Notes: generated by a model not told the origin, from the letters alone. DNA of 44,728 nt from Candidatus Dojkabacteria bacterium (GCA_025993875.1 JAMQHH010000028.1:1-44728); one strand, 5' to 3'. Positions 1-9,734 are shown, counted from the stretch's first letter. Numbers and translations: made by a program.

Positions 1-1
1 A

Positions 2-1537
2 TCTCTAGGCTCAAAAGAAAGAGTAGGTTTAGTGGGACCTAATGGCAGTGGGAAATCTAGCTTAATGAAGATTATGGCTGGTTTAGTTCAACCAACATCA
101 GGAGAAGTTATAAGATCTGGACAAAGTTATTATGTACCTCAACTAGATTTACCACTTTTTAAAAGTGATATGTCTATTTTAGAGTACTTATCATCAATAC
201 ATGATGAATGGTGGGACATTACTGACTTATTAGAAAGAAAATTTGGCATACATGATATAAATATTGAACAGACTTTAGCTACCTTGAGTGGAGGTGAATT
301 GATCAAACTACATCTTGCAATTGCCTTAACTTTAAATCCAGAAGTATTATTCCTAGATGAACCAACTAACCATCTAGATTTACCTTCAATTGAAATGTTA
401 ATCGAGTTTTTATACGAATATGAAGGAAGTTTTGTAGTAGTATCGCATGATCCATTTTTCCTAGATCAGGTTACTAATACTACCTGGGAAATAGAGGATA
501 AAAAAGCTAACAGATTTGGTGGTAACTATTCGGATTATAGAGAACAAAAAGCCGCAATATTAGAAGGTCGAGCTAGACAACATGAAGCTGCAAAGAAAGA
601 GCTAGACAAAACTAAAAAAGCTATACAAAGAGAACAGGAAAGAGCAGGTAAAAGCCGAAGAACTGGGAAAGCGCTAAAAGGTGATCGAAGTATGTCGGCC
701 GTTGAGAAAGGTTTTTTCAAAAATAAAGCAAGTGCTACAGCTGGTAGAAATAAAGCTAAGCTTGATGAAAGTGCTGAGGATGCAAAAGAGAAAATACAAG
801 CAACAAAGGCAACTCATAGAAGAAAGGCTCATGTGGCTTTAGAAACCGAAAGTGGTTCAAGAGGTAGAACACTAGCTAGAACTAATAAATTTAAAGTTGA
901 ATTACAAGACGGAAGAACATTAGTAGAGAATGCCGAAATGACAATCTCTTATGGGGATAGAATTGTTCTAACGGGAAGAAATGGTGCAGGCAAAACAATG
1001 TTTGTAAAAGCATTGCTAGGAGAATCAGCAAGCTTAAAGGCCGAAGGTGAATCTTACTTAGCTCCCGATTCTAAAGTTGTATATTTAAGCCAAAAATACG
1101 AAATAGTAGATCCAGATCTTTCTTTAGTAGAAAATATGCAGAAAACTAATAGAGATTTGAGCTATGAACAAATCAGAAAATTATTAGGTAATTTTTTATT
1201 CTTTAATCAAGAAGATATTAATAAAAAAGCATCAGTCTTAAGCGGAGGTGAAGTTGCAAGACTAGCTTTTGCAATGATAACAGCTGGCCCAGTTGATTTA
1301 TTAGTTCTAGATGAACCTACTAATAACCTTGATATTGATACCGTAGATTCTATAGTTAACGCTTTAGAAGACTTTCCTGGTGCCATAATAACTATCTCTC
1401 ATAACATAGACTTTTTGTCCAGAATAGGAGTTGAACAAGCTTATGTGATAAACGACAGAAAGTTAAAGAGATTAGGAACTATTCCGGAAAACGAAGAAGA
1501 ATTTTATGATGAGTTAATGTCAGAGTTAGAATCATAG
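2..1537 (+). CDS. ABC-F family ATPase (ribosome-associated, long interdomain linker); 5' end lies outside the window
   Basis: Frame is open from base 2 (SLGSKERVGLVGPNGSGKS). Two ABC domains (GPNGSGKS/LSGGE/LDEPTNHLD and GRNGAGKT/LSGGE/LDEPTNNLD), GGNYSDY linker start, no TM segments. Confidence 0.9.
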   Translation, partial: SLGSKERVGLVGPNGSGKSSLMKIMAGLVQPTSGEVIRSGQSYYVPQLDLPLFKSDMSILEYLSSIHDEWWDITDLLERKFGIHDINIEQTLATLSGGELIKLHLAIALTLNPEVLFLDEPTNHLDLPSIEMLIEFLYEYEGSFVVVSHDPFFLDQVTNTTWEIEDKKANRFGGNYSDYREQKAAILEGRARQHEAAKKELDKTKKAIQREQERAGKSRRTGKALKGDRSMSAVEKGFFKNKASATAGRNKAKLDESAEDAKEKIQATKATHRRKAHVALETESGSRGRTLARTNKFKVELQDGRTLVENAEMTISYGDRIVLTGRNGAGKTMFVKALLGESASLKAEGESYLAPDSKVVYLSQKYEIVDPDLSLVENMQKTNRDLSYEQIRKLLGNFLFFNQEDINKKASVLSGGEVARLAFAMITAGPVDLLVLDEPTNNLDIDTVDSIVNALEDFPGAIITISHNIDFLSRIGVEQAYVINDRKLKRLGTIPENEEEFYDELMSELES

Positions 1538-1691
1538 TTTTTATTTTAACTTCAGTGTAACAATTATTATATTTTACACTGTGCGGTTTACGGAGGTCAC
1601 GTCAGGCCATGCTCTCTCTACCCCATGCAGTAAAACCCGCTAACTTGATATATAATACATAAAAGCTTTACTTTTAGATAACTAAAAAACT

Positions 1692-2123
1692 ATGGCCAAT
1701 ATGTTTAAACCTGTAAAAGCAAAAAATGTTAAAGAGTATATAGACTCATTACCCGATGAGAGAAAGAAAATAATTTTATTTTTACATAATCTTATTCAAG
1801 AGTGCTCCCCTTTATTTAAAAGCCACTTTGCATACAATATGCTAGGTTATGGCTCTTTTCCCTATAAAAATTACAAAAAAGAATTAATTGAATGGCCAAT
1901 AATAGCTCTAGCCAGCCAAAAAAATTATATAAGTATTTACATATGCGCCTTAGAGCAGGGAGAATATATTGTCGAAAAATATAAAAGCCTTTTGGGAAAA
2001 GTGAGTGTTGGCAAAAGCTGTATTAGGTTTAAAAAACTTGAAGATTTAAATTTGGATGAACTTAAAAAAATATTAAAAAAAGCCTCAATAAATCCGGGTT
2101 TAACCGGTCTGGATAAAGCCTAA
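1692..2123 (+). CDS. DUF1801/YdhG-like protein
   Basis: VKEYIDSLP...LGYG.F.Y...LASQKNYISIY...VGKSCIRFKKLEDL pattern typical of DUF1801. Confidence 0.8.
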   Translation: MANMFKPVKAKNVKEYIDSLPDERKKIILFLHNLIQECSPLFKSHFAYNMLGYGSFPYKNYKKELIEWPIIALASQKNYISIYICALEQGEYIVEKYKSLLGKVSVGKSCIRFKKLEDLNLDELKKILKKASINPGLTGLDKA

Positions 2124-2241
2124 AACTATAAATTTTCTTTATTACATTAATCGTGGTCTAAATTTTGCAAAGTCGGTAATCGATTTTTCGGCAGTAATTT
2201 TTGTAAACGGTTGGTGGAGTAAGAATTAAAAGAGTGTAATA

Positions 2242-3303
2242 CTACTGTTCACTTTGTTGCCAAGACATCAAAGCATTTAAGCATTCCAGACGTATTCTAT
2301 TGCTTTCGACGCCTGGATTTATCATTATTTGGACCAGGGCCTTGGCTTCCTCCAGTACATTAAACGGATGGAATTGTGCATTGGCAGGAGCATAGAGGGC
2401 AACACCTGCTTCCTTTGGTACAACAACAGGTAAAAAGCCTGTGTCTAAAACCATAGAACCATCGGGTAATCTTAAATACCTGATCGTCATAGTTCCTGTT
2501 GGTATCTTTTCACCGTTCACTTCTGTGGTCTCTTCACCGGGGACAAAGGAATTGCATTGTATAAGTTCGGGATTATACTTTAAAGCAGCCTCGTAACCTT
2601 CGAGAGGTTTTCCAAAAGTGTTGGTATTTAAACCTACCAGTAAAAATTTTGCTAAAGGATACGCAGTTTGCACTCGGCTAATAAAAGCACGTAGAGATTC
2701 GGGATCTAAAAAAGAAAATTCATCGAGGTAGATAACACTAAGTTTATCTGTAGGTATATTAGCTTGATTAAAGAATTCATCCGGATTACCTGGATCTAAT
2801 GGTAGAGCATCTGTTGTAACAAATCCATCGGCTCCAGTTGTGTCATCTTCGCCGGGTACCTTACCTCTTTGAGTTATATGTTTCCCCATAAAGTGCGGAA
2901 CTGCCCTTACCACGTGTATCCCTTGTTGTTCCAAACGCTTGCAGACCTCGCCGGCAAGGGTAGACTTTCCTGCATACATTCCACTGGTAATACAAAAAAC
3001 TTTCTGATCGTTTCGGGTAATTTCCCTTGCTATCTGGGGAGCTTTAACGGAGTACAATTTTGTATGTCTTATTCGGTATTGAGAAATATCATCTTGCGAA
3101 GGGATAGTCGGGTTAAAAAGTATTCTATTAATTTCGTTTTCCGAAATGTTTTTACCGGAAAGGTATACTGCAAATTTAATTAATGCTGTAAGTCCGGCTC
3201 TATCTAGCCATGGATTTAGGATCAGTTGTTGTAATTTCTCTTGAATAGACTTTGGGAGGTTTCTAAGCTCGGGAGACTCAAAACTAGGAGTAGTATCAGT
3301 CAT
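2242..3303 (-). CDS. Divergent thymidine kinase (TK1/Tdk)-like protein with N-terminal extension
   Basis: P-loop SGMYAGKST, Walker B IYLDEFSF, VGLNTNTFGKP (cf. GLDxDFRGxPF). Likely start ATG 3303 (MTDTT); the longer ORF overlaps the divergent sigma gene. Confidence 0.65.
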   Translation of the reverse strand: MTDTTPSFESPELRNLPKSIQEKLQQLILNPWLDRAGLTALIKFAVYLSGKNISENEINRILFNPTIPSQDDISQYRIRHTKLYSVKAPQIAREITRNDQKVFCITSGMYAGKSTLAGEVCKRLEQQGIHVVRAVPHFMGKHITQRGKVPGEDDTTGADGFVTTDALPLDPGNPDEFFNQANIPTDKLSVIYLDEFSFLDPESLRAFISRVQTAYPLAKFLLVGLNTNTFGKPLEGYEAALKYNPELIQCNSFVPGEETTEVNGEKIPTGTMTIRYLRLPDGSMVLDTGFLPVVVPKEAGVALYAPANAQFHPFNVLEEAKALVQIMINPGVESNRIRLECLNALMSWQQSEQ

Positions 3304-3346
3304 TGTAATAATTTTTTTATATATTTTGCGATTATAATTCTTTCTT

Positions 3347-3374
3347 TGTAACTTTTCTACTCTGTACTTGTATA
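3347..3374 (+). promoter_or_regulatory. Candidate ECF-type autoregulatory promoter
   Basis: TGTAAC-N16-TGTATA directly upstream of the ECF sigma gene, resembling the GTAAC/AAC -35 and (C/T)GT -10 of ECF promoters. Confidence 0.35.
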
Positions 3375-3412
3375 TAATAATAGAAGAATTTGATATCAAA
3401 TAAATTTTTAAC

Positions 3413-3901
3413 ATGCTTAAGCGGAAATCATTTATCGGAGTGGTATTTAGTCGGCATAATGCCGAAATATACAGGTATCTATATATTTTAACCAAAAACA
3501 AAGAAACAGCTGAAGATCTGGCAGCAGAGGTATTTATAAAATTTATTAATACTTTTGAGCCAAAAAAATCTTCTCCGAGAACGTGGCTTTACATTTTGGC
3601 AAAAGGAATAGCCCTTAACTATTTTGAAAGCCAAAAGAATAAGGGTGTTGGTTTACATGAAGATTTGATAGAAGATGTTGCCGATTTGGATACAATCGAT
3701 AACAATATAAATTTTGACTGGGTGATAAGTGCTATTAATACATTTGTTAACCCAGAAAAAGAAGTTTTAAGCTATCGAATAGCCGGCAATCTTAGCTTTA
3801 AAGAGATAAGCCGGATAACAAGTATAAGTGCAGGCAATTTAAAAGTTATTTATCATAGAGCATTTTTAAAATTAAAATCAAAAATAAATGGAGAAAAATA
3901 A
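3413..3901 (+). CDS. ECF RNA polymerase sigma factor
   Basis: Region 2 (IYRYLY...AEDLAAEVFIK...RTWLYILA) and region 4 (LSFKEIS...GNLKVIYHRA); 162 aa. Confidence 0.9.
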   Translation: MLKRKSFIGVVFSRHNAEIYRYLYILTKNKETAEDLAAEVFIKFINTFEPKKSSPRTWLYILAKGIALNYFESQKNKGVGLHEDLIEDVADLDTIDNNINFDWVISAINTFVNPEKEVLSYRIAGNLSFKEISRITSISAGNLKVIYHRAFLKLKSKINGEK

Positions 3902-5996
3902 AGTTATAGAGCAATTTAAGAAACTTGAGCCATCCGCAAATTGGAGAGATAAGACTCTTTCTAAACTTGTTGAACTGGAAAGCTTTTCGACTAAAAAAAA
4001 TAGTTTACCTTTCCTTAACTTATTTTTTAACTACATTAATATGAAAAAAAAGATGCTATTTTTTTCAACTTTATTTCTTGTTTTAGGGATTTTTGGTACA
4101 TCTATTATCATCACAGCTATATTCCCGAATAAGAGCAGGGTGCAACCGGTTGCACTAACACTGGAAAACAAGGATCTTATTTTAAGAAATTTTTTAAATA
4201 CAGCCCAGGCATTTAATTCAACGCAGAATTCTAATAAGTTAAGTTCTAATACCAACGCAACTGATCAACAGGCAATGTTTGCTGCAGAATCAGATTCTGA
4301 CACAAGGAAAATGGCGCTCCCATCTTTTGACATTTTGGTTTACGAGCCAAACACCCTAATTTATTCAAAGGCCAAAATGGTTGAAGGCCCTGCAAAGTGT
4401 GAACAGGGTTATTTTTTGGGCGCTTTAAATAGCGAGCCCGAAGTAACTATAGAAAACTATAGCTTTAACTCGTCCGACGCATATTCGAGCATTTCAATAA
4501 ACCAAGCAAAAAATGTAGAAGGCGATCTTGTTGATTTTTCAATTTACAAAAATACCGATTCCTACTACGAAAGCATTGTTTACAAAGGCGGAAAGTACGG
4601 GGTTAAATCAAGATCAGATTATGCTTCTCCAATGCCGGTAACTGCTCCCGCAACTATGTTAAAAGAAGACTCGCAGATAACTGTCGAAGAAGATGAGGCT
4701 GAGGCAAAAATCGAAGAGGTTTTTGGTCCTGATGTAACTTATTACATTAAAAAAGATAAAAACGAAAACGATGCCTTTGTAATTGAAAGCAGCTATTTTA
4801 TCTTTTGTAACCAGGAACAGCCAATGGTTGTAACCCCAAACCCAAACTTTTGGGCGGGTGAGGATTGGGATTCGGCAGTACAAAGTAATATTTCTTTAGA
4901 GGAAGGAGATACAAAGATAATAAGTTTAATATATTTAAATACTAATGATTATCAGGGATACTATTTTGAAACCTATGCCAACAGCATTTCTCCCGAAAAT
5001 TTAATTGTTTCGACTGAGTACTTAACAATCGAAAAAACCAAAACAACATTTGAAGATGCCGAACAAAAGCTTTCGGCACTCCTACCAGTCGTTAATTTAA
5101 AAACCGAAGAGCAAAAAACTGATATCTCTGAGGTAGATTATGAAGCTGAAAAACTGCAACAACTTCAGTATTTACAGGATAATAATATTCAAGCAATTGT
5201 AAGTAATAACACCCGAAAATCGAATAATTTTTTTAGTATTAATAACTATAGTAGCCTTATTAGTAGTACCTACACATATATGTACTATCCAGAATATCTT
5301 TCAGATAGAGACTTTTACAGGCCGGGAATAAATGGAGATAAAGAATTTGAGCGATACACTAAACTTAAAGCGGTTCCCTATCCATACTATAGCTGGGAAA
5401 ATGTTCCTCTAAGTCTTTTAAGTTATGGAACCAGCATAGAATTAAGTAATGGAGTAAGTAACTTAAATATTGAAACATTCGAAAACAAGTTTTCTGATAT
5501 AGAAATTTTAAATACAAGAATACACTCACCTGTAAAAGAAAAATCGGAAGAGAATATTGAACTGGAAATTGGCGGTAAATTGTATGGGGCAAAACTTTAC
5601 AATTATACAATCACATCGGGAGGCGAATCATATTCCCCATCTTCGCAAGGAGCCGAAGAAGGATCGGCGGATGCAAGTTTTGAGATGATTATAAATGAAC
5701 CATTAGACGAAAAACATTATTATATTATTCTTGAAGAAGGCAATTTTAAGTATTTAATTTTCGAAAACATCTGGTATTCGGGCTTTTACAAATACGAATC
5801 GGGGAATAAAGAATATTTTGCAGTAGATTCGGTTTTGGATGCCAGTTACGAGTACAGCGCTGAGAGAATTAACGAATTCGATCTAAAATTTTTAAATCCG
5901 GCAAATGAGGGTGATTTAAAAGAAATTGAAAGGGAGCTTGGTGTTGATAATAATGTTGTGGAACCTCAACCCATGCCGTTAACAGAAACCAGGTAG
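3888..5996 (+). CDS. Single-pass membrane protein with large extracellular domain; putative anti-sigma factor
   Basis: Overlaps the sigma stop; ~50 aa cytoplasmic N-terminus, TM helix (LFFSTLFLVLGIFGTSIIITAIF), ~620 aa acidic Tyr/Ser-rich C-terminal part. Confidence 0.6.
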   Translation: MEKNKVIEQFKKLEPSANWRDKTLSKLVELESFSTKKNSLPFLNLFFNYINMKKKMLFFSTLFLVLGIFGTSIIITAIFPNKSRVQPVALTLENKDLILRNFLNTAQAFNSTQNSNKLSSNTNATDQQAMFAAESDSDTRKMALPSFDILVYEPNTLIYSKAKMVEGPAKCEQGYFLGALNSEPEVTIENYSFNSSDAYSSISINQAKNVEGDLVDFSIYKNTDSYYESIVYKGGKYGVKSRSDYASPMPVTAPATMLKEDSQITVEEDEAEAKIEEVFGPDVTYYIKKDKNENDAFVIESSYFIFCNQEQPMVVTPNPNFWAGEDWDSAVQSNISLEEGDTKIISLIYLNTNDYQGYYFETYANSISPENLIVSTEYLTIEKTKTTFEDAEQKLSALLPVVNLKTEEQKTDISEVDYEAEKLQQLQYLQDNNIQAIVSNNTRKSNNFFSINNYSSLISSTYTYMYYPEYLSDRDFYRPGINGDKEFERYTKLKAVPYPYYSWENVPLSLLSYGTSIELSNGVSNLNIETFENKFSDIEILNTRIHSPVKEKSEENIELEIGGKLYGAKLYNYTITSGGESYSPSSQGAEEGSADASFEMIINEPLDEKHYYIILEEGNFKYLIFENIWYSGFYKYESGNKEYFAVDSVLDASYEYSAERINEFDLKFLNPANEGDLKEIERELGVDNNVVEPQPMPLTETR

Positions 5997-6043
5997 AATT
6001 AGTTATCTTGAACGCTGACTTTTTAAAGCATACAATAAAAAAT

Positions 6044-6526
6044 TTATAGTTTAACCATCTTTGTTCCAATAATCTTAAATGAACTAGGTTCGAGCAAAAC
6101 TCCTAAAACTCCTTTTAAACTATCTGGTGATGTGAGTACTTTGCTAGCATCTTCAGGGACAGCTAAAAAACATCGTTTGCCATCTTTATCCCAAAGGAAA
6201 TTATCGTTTTTAGGGTTAATCAAGAATTTATATGCTCCGTTAAAAACAACTTCTCTAAAAACACAACCGTTTAAATCTATCCCAAATTTTACTACTCTTT
6301 TTGATAAAGAATTAACCTGGACATAGGCACTTTTTTCCCCTTCCACATCGCCCTGGCTATCGAGATTATAATTGTTAGCTATCGTTCCTGCCCAGTGTTC
6401 AAGTATTGGGTTATTAGGATCTATTACACAAGTTAGCTTTGATAAATCTACGCCAAGCGGATCCAATTCGGGTTTAGGTTGCTTTACGGATTTTGCTTCG
6501 GGTGTGGAATACTCTGCAGAACACAT
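6044..6526 (-). CDS. Hypothetical protein
   Basis: 160 aa ATG ORF starting 1 nt after the tatD stop; no recognised motif. Confidence 0.6.
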   Translation of the reverse strand: MCSAEYSTPEAKSVKQPKPELDPLGVDLSKLTCVIDPNNPILEHWAGTIANNYNLDSQGDVEGEKSAYVQVNSLSKRVVKFGIDLNGCVFREVVFNGAYKFLINPKNDNFLWDKDGKRCFLAVPEDASKVLTSPDSLKGVLGVLLEPSSFKIIGTKMVKL

Positions 6527-6527
6527 A

Positions 6528-7391
6528 TTAAAATTTAAAATTATTTACTACAAAATTAAAAATCTCTTTTACACTTTTCGGTTCGTTTCTTTTTCCCCTT
6601 AAACTGCTAGGGGAAAGGTATGGTGCATCTGTTTCAAAAAAGATATTTTTTTTATAAAACCATTCCGGCTCTGCATCGTTGGGAATTTTACCCAATAACT
6701 TTTTGTATACCTCTCTAACATTTTCGGCAGTTTTATAGGTGATTATTGCATTTATTCCAAGCCCTAACCCATTATTCAAGGCCTCTTTAGCTTCGTCAAA
6801 ACCTCCTGTAAAAGAATGTAAAATTCCTAAAACTTTGTATTCCTTCAATATCTCCAAAACGCGCTTCTCTGTCCCTCTTGAGTGTATTGTAAGTAAAAGT
6901 TTTTTTTCCTCTGCAAGCTCCAGATGTATCCTAAAAAGCTTCTCCTGAAGCAAAATTGAATTTTCTCGTAAGACAGGTTTATCCTTTAACCAGTAATAGT
7001 CCATCCCAGTTTCTCCAATACCTATTACATTTTCGACATTTTGTTCTAACAAAGTGCTCAGTTCATTCTTAAGTGATACCAAAAATTGTTCGCTTTGTTC
7101 AAATCCTTTAAACATTTTGGCGCTCGGAATAAAAACATCAGGGTCAATACCTATAAATGACTTAACAGTTAAAGGAAACCGAATACTATTATCAATAGCT
7201 TGCTTGGAAGATTCTAAATCCGTCGCTACATCCAAAATCTTCTTCACTTCCTCTTGTTTGGCATTTTCTATAATATCCGCGATATCGGGTGTAAACTCAC
7301 CGGAATTTAGGTGGCAATGAGTATCCCATAATCCTGTGCTTCCTAGCTTTAACTTAAGGTAGTTATATATCTCCATAAAGAATTTTAACAT
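6528..7391 (-). CDS. tatD: TatD family metal-dependent hydrolase/DNase
   Basis: DTHCHL, IGETGMDY, IHSR, LHSF, FETDAPYL, RNEP motifs. Start at 7391 or 7376. Confidence 0.92.
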   Translation of the reverse strand: MLKFFMEIYNYLKLKLGSTGLWDTHCHLNSGEFTPDIADIIENAKQEEVKKILDVATDLESSKQAIDNSIRFPLTVKSFIGIDPDVFIPSAKMFKGFEQSEQFLVSLKNELSTLLEQNVENVIGIGETGMDYYWLKDKPVLRENSILLQEKLFRIHLELAEEKKLLLTIHSRGTEKRVLEILKEYKVLGILHSFTGGFDEAKEALNNGLGLGINAIITYKTAENVREVYKKLLGKIPNDAEPEWFYKKNIFFETDAPYLSPSSLRGKRNEPKSVKEIFNFVVNNFKF

Positions 7392-7450
7392 TCTCTCTAT
7401 TTATAACAAATTAACAGGAATTATTAGCAATTTTTATTTCTACTTAAATA

Positions 7451-7459
7451 TGCTAAAAT
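7451..7459 (+). promoter_or_regulatory. Extended -10 element for rpsT
   Basis: TGCTAAAAT 27 nt upstream of the rpsT ATG. Confidence 0.45.
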
Positions 7460-7486
7460 TCAATCTGACTATATTATTTTTTGTTT

Positions 7487-7744
7487 ATGGCCAACACAAA
7501 ATCGGCAAAAAAGGCAATTAGAGTTTCTGAGCGCAAAAAGGCAATGAACTCCAAAAGTAAAACTGGGTATAAGGAAGCCCAAAAGAAGCTTGCAAAGGCA
7601 ATTAGTTCTAAAGAAAAAAAACAATCTACTCTGGAACTGCTTTCTAAAGCCTATAAAGCTATCGATAAAGCAGCCAAGAGAAACGTTATTCATAAAAAAA
7701 AGGCTGCAAGATTAAAATCACGTTTAGCTAAAAGCTCAAAATAA
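7487..7744 (+). CDS. rpsT: 30S ribosomal protein bS20
   Basis: MANTKSAKKAIR...IDKAAKRNVIHKKKAARLKSRL. Confidence 0.97.
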   Translation: MANTKSAKKAIRVSERKKAMNSKSKTGYKEAQKKLAKAISSKEKKQSTLELLSKAYKAIDKAAKRNVIHKKKAARLKSRLAKSSK

Positions 7745-7785
7745 AGATAAGGGTAGATTTGTAATTACTTGTAACATTATCTGCA

Positions 7786-8337
7786 ATGACCAAAACCCTA
7801 ATAAGGTTTGTTGATTCGTCGTTATTTCCGGCTGCAGCATTAGTGGCAGGGAAATTTTTGGGATTAATACTCACTTTTCAATTATTTGGTATAGGGTGGA
7901 CTCTAAAGCAGTATACAGAATCTTTCTTCTCGATAGGAACATCGGTTAGGTTGGAAGATCTGGCTCTAGCCACTTCGTACTCCGATCTTTTTATGTACGT
8001 TTTTATTGCGTTTTTTTTCTCGTTCTCAGTAATACGGGCGGTATTTTTTCATGCGTCGCATGTAAAGCCTTCTTTGGTAATAAAGCTTGCAAATAAAAAT
8101 CTGCTTAGCCTTATTCAATCTTCGTACAAAGTCTACAATTATGCATTTGTATGGCTTTTATTTGCATGGATAGGTAATATTTTGATATTAGTAAATGTTG
8201 CAAGAGGCGCAACATATTTATGGGTAGGCATAGTTGTTACCATATCTTCCATTGTACTTTCGGTAATTCTTCTGGAAGATTTGAATAAGGAGATCGAAAA
8301 TATAAAAAATCATCCCGGAAAATATAAATGGGAATAA
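7786..8337 (+). CDS. Hypothetical membrane protein (~4 TM)
   Basis: Four hydrophobic segments; co-oriented with rpsT. Confidence 0.7.
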   Translation: MTKTLIRFVDSSLFPAAALVAGKFLGLILTFQLFGIGWTLKQYTESFFSIGTSVRLEDLALATSYSDLFMYVFIAFFFSFSVIRAVFFHASHVKPSLVIKLANKNLLSLIQSSYKVYNYAFVWLLFAWIGNILILVNVARGATYLWVGIVVTISSIVLSVILLEDLNKEIENIKNHPGKYKWE

Positions 8338-8341
8338 TTTT

Positions 8342-8803
8342 ATGGATATAGAAAAAATATCAAAAGTTCTTGAAGGCGTTTTAGTAGGTAAAATTACGGA
8401 TATTCAAAAACACCCCAACGCAGATAAGTTAATATTACTTAACCTGGATGTTGGATCAGAAACAAAAAGGCAGATAGTAACAGGGGCTCCTAATGTAAAA
8501 ACAGGAAATACAGTATGCTTTATAACAGCGGGAAACCTTCTCCCAAGACCTTATTTAACTGAGGGCAAAGAGATAATCCTTCAGCCAAGGGATTTAAGAG
8601 GAATAATTTCGGATGCAATGCTTATGGCTCCCGATGAACTTTGCTTAGGTGATGATCACTTGGGTGTGCTAATTTTGGAGGAATCCGGTTATTTGGAAAA
8701 TGTAAAGGCAGTTAAGCTAGGGGAACCAATATTAAAGTGTGTAAACAAAAAGTTTGTTGAGGATATAATAAAATATCTCTCTAGCAGAACCGAAAAATTT
8801 TAA
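8342..8803 (+). CDS. Stand-alone tRNA-binding OB-fold protein (PheT B2 domain/YtpR-like)
   Basis: VGKITDIQKHPNADKL, QIVTGAPNV, LRGIISDAML...ELCLG match the PheRS beta-subunit tRNA-binding domain. Confidence 0.8.
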   Translation: MDIEKISKVLEGVLVGKITDIQKHPNADKLILLNLDVGSETKRQIVTGAPNVKTGNTVCFITAGNLLPRPYLTEGKEIILQPRDLRGIISDAMLMAPDELCLGDDHLGVLILEESGYLENVKAVKLGEPILKCVNKKFVEDIIKYLSSRTEKF

Positions 8804-8823
8804 TATTATTTATATAAGAAACA

Positions 8824-9729
8824 ATGATTTATCCAACAGACTGGATTGACTTTGAACTTTTAGACGCAGGTGAAAGAGAAAAGCTAGAAAGATGGGGCAA
8901 TTACATTTTAAGAAGGCCCGATCCACAGGCTATCTGGGCTAAAAACTCGGCCATAAAATCTCAGTGGGATTCTGCCGACCTAATTTATAATCGAAGTGAT
9001 AAAGGCGGAGGTAACTGGGAGATTAAAAACAAAAAAATTCCATTTAACAGTACTAACAACATACTCGATATAAATCCGTGGGAGGTAAAGTATAAAGATT
9101 TCAAATTTAAAATTAAACCCACAGGCTTTAAGCATACAGGGCTTTTTCCAGAACAGGCAGTTAATTGGGAATTCATTATTAACAAGATAAATTCCTTTAA
9201 ATTGAAACATAATAAATCACCGGTTGTTTTAAATTTATTTGCTTATACGGGAGGCGCAACAGTCGCAGCGCTTTCGGCAGGTGCGATAGTAACGCATTTA
9301 GATGCTTCAAAAGGGGTAAACCTTTGGGCAAAAGAAAATGTTGAACTCTCCTTACTAAAAGACTCAAAGGTAAGATTTATACAAGATGATGCAATAAAGT
9401 TTGTGGAAAGAGAGATTAGACGGGGAAACAAATACGATGCAATAATTATGGATCCTCCGGTATATGGAAGAGGGGCAAACGGGCAACTTTGGGAGATAGA
9501 AAAAGACCTTTTTAAACTTGTGGAAAGATGTAAAGGCTTGCTTAGCAGCACTCCTTTATTTTTTCTTATAAATGCTTATGCTAATTCTTTTTCGGCAATT
9601 GCTTTAGAGAATATTTTAAAAATAATTCTAAACTCCGAGTTTAAGTCTATTCAAAGCGGGGAGGTAGGACTAAAAGCTACTTCAACGAATTTGGTTTTGC
9701 CATGTGGTATGTTTTCAAGGGCGGAATAA
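8824..9729 (+). CDS. Class I SAM-dependent methyltransferase, RlmI/RlmK-related
   Basis: KHTGLFPEQ, VLNLFAYTGG, IIMDPPVYGRG. Confidence 0.85.
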   Translation: MIYPTDWIDFELLDAGEREKLERWGNYILRRPDPQAIWAKNSAIKSQWDSADLIYNRSDKGGGNWEIKNKKIPFNSTNNILDINPWEVKYKDFKFKIKPTGFKHTGLFPEQAVNWEFIINKINSFKLKHNKSPVVLNLFAYTGGATVAALSAGAIVTHLDASKGVNLWAKENVELSLLKDSKVRFIQDDAIKFVEREIRRGNKYDAIIMDPPVYGRGANGQLWEIEKDLFKLVERCKGLLSSTPLFFLINAYANSFSAIALENILKIILNSEFKSIQSGEVGLKATSTNLVLPCGMFSRAE

Positions 9730-9734
9730 CTTTT

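Noticed and set aside
2155-2215. attC-like hairpin after DUF1801
   Set aside because: An imperfect hairpin exists (TTTGCAAAG...TTTTGTAAA), but there are no proper RYYYAAC/GTTRRRY boxes or integrase; at most a terminator between convergent genes.
3304-3501. 5' extension of the kinase ORF to 419 aa
   Set aside because: Overlaps the divergent sigma gene and its promoter region; ATG 3303 is more plausible.
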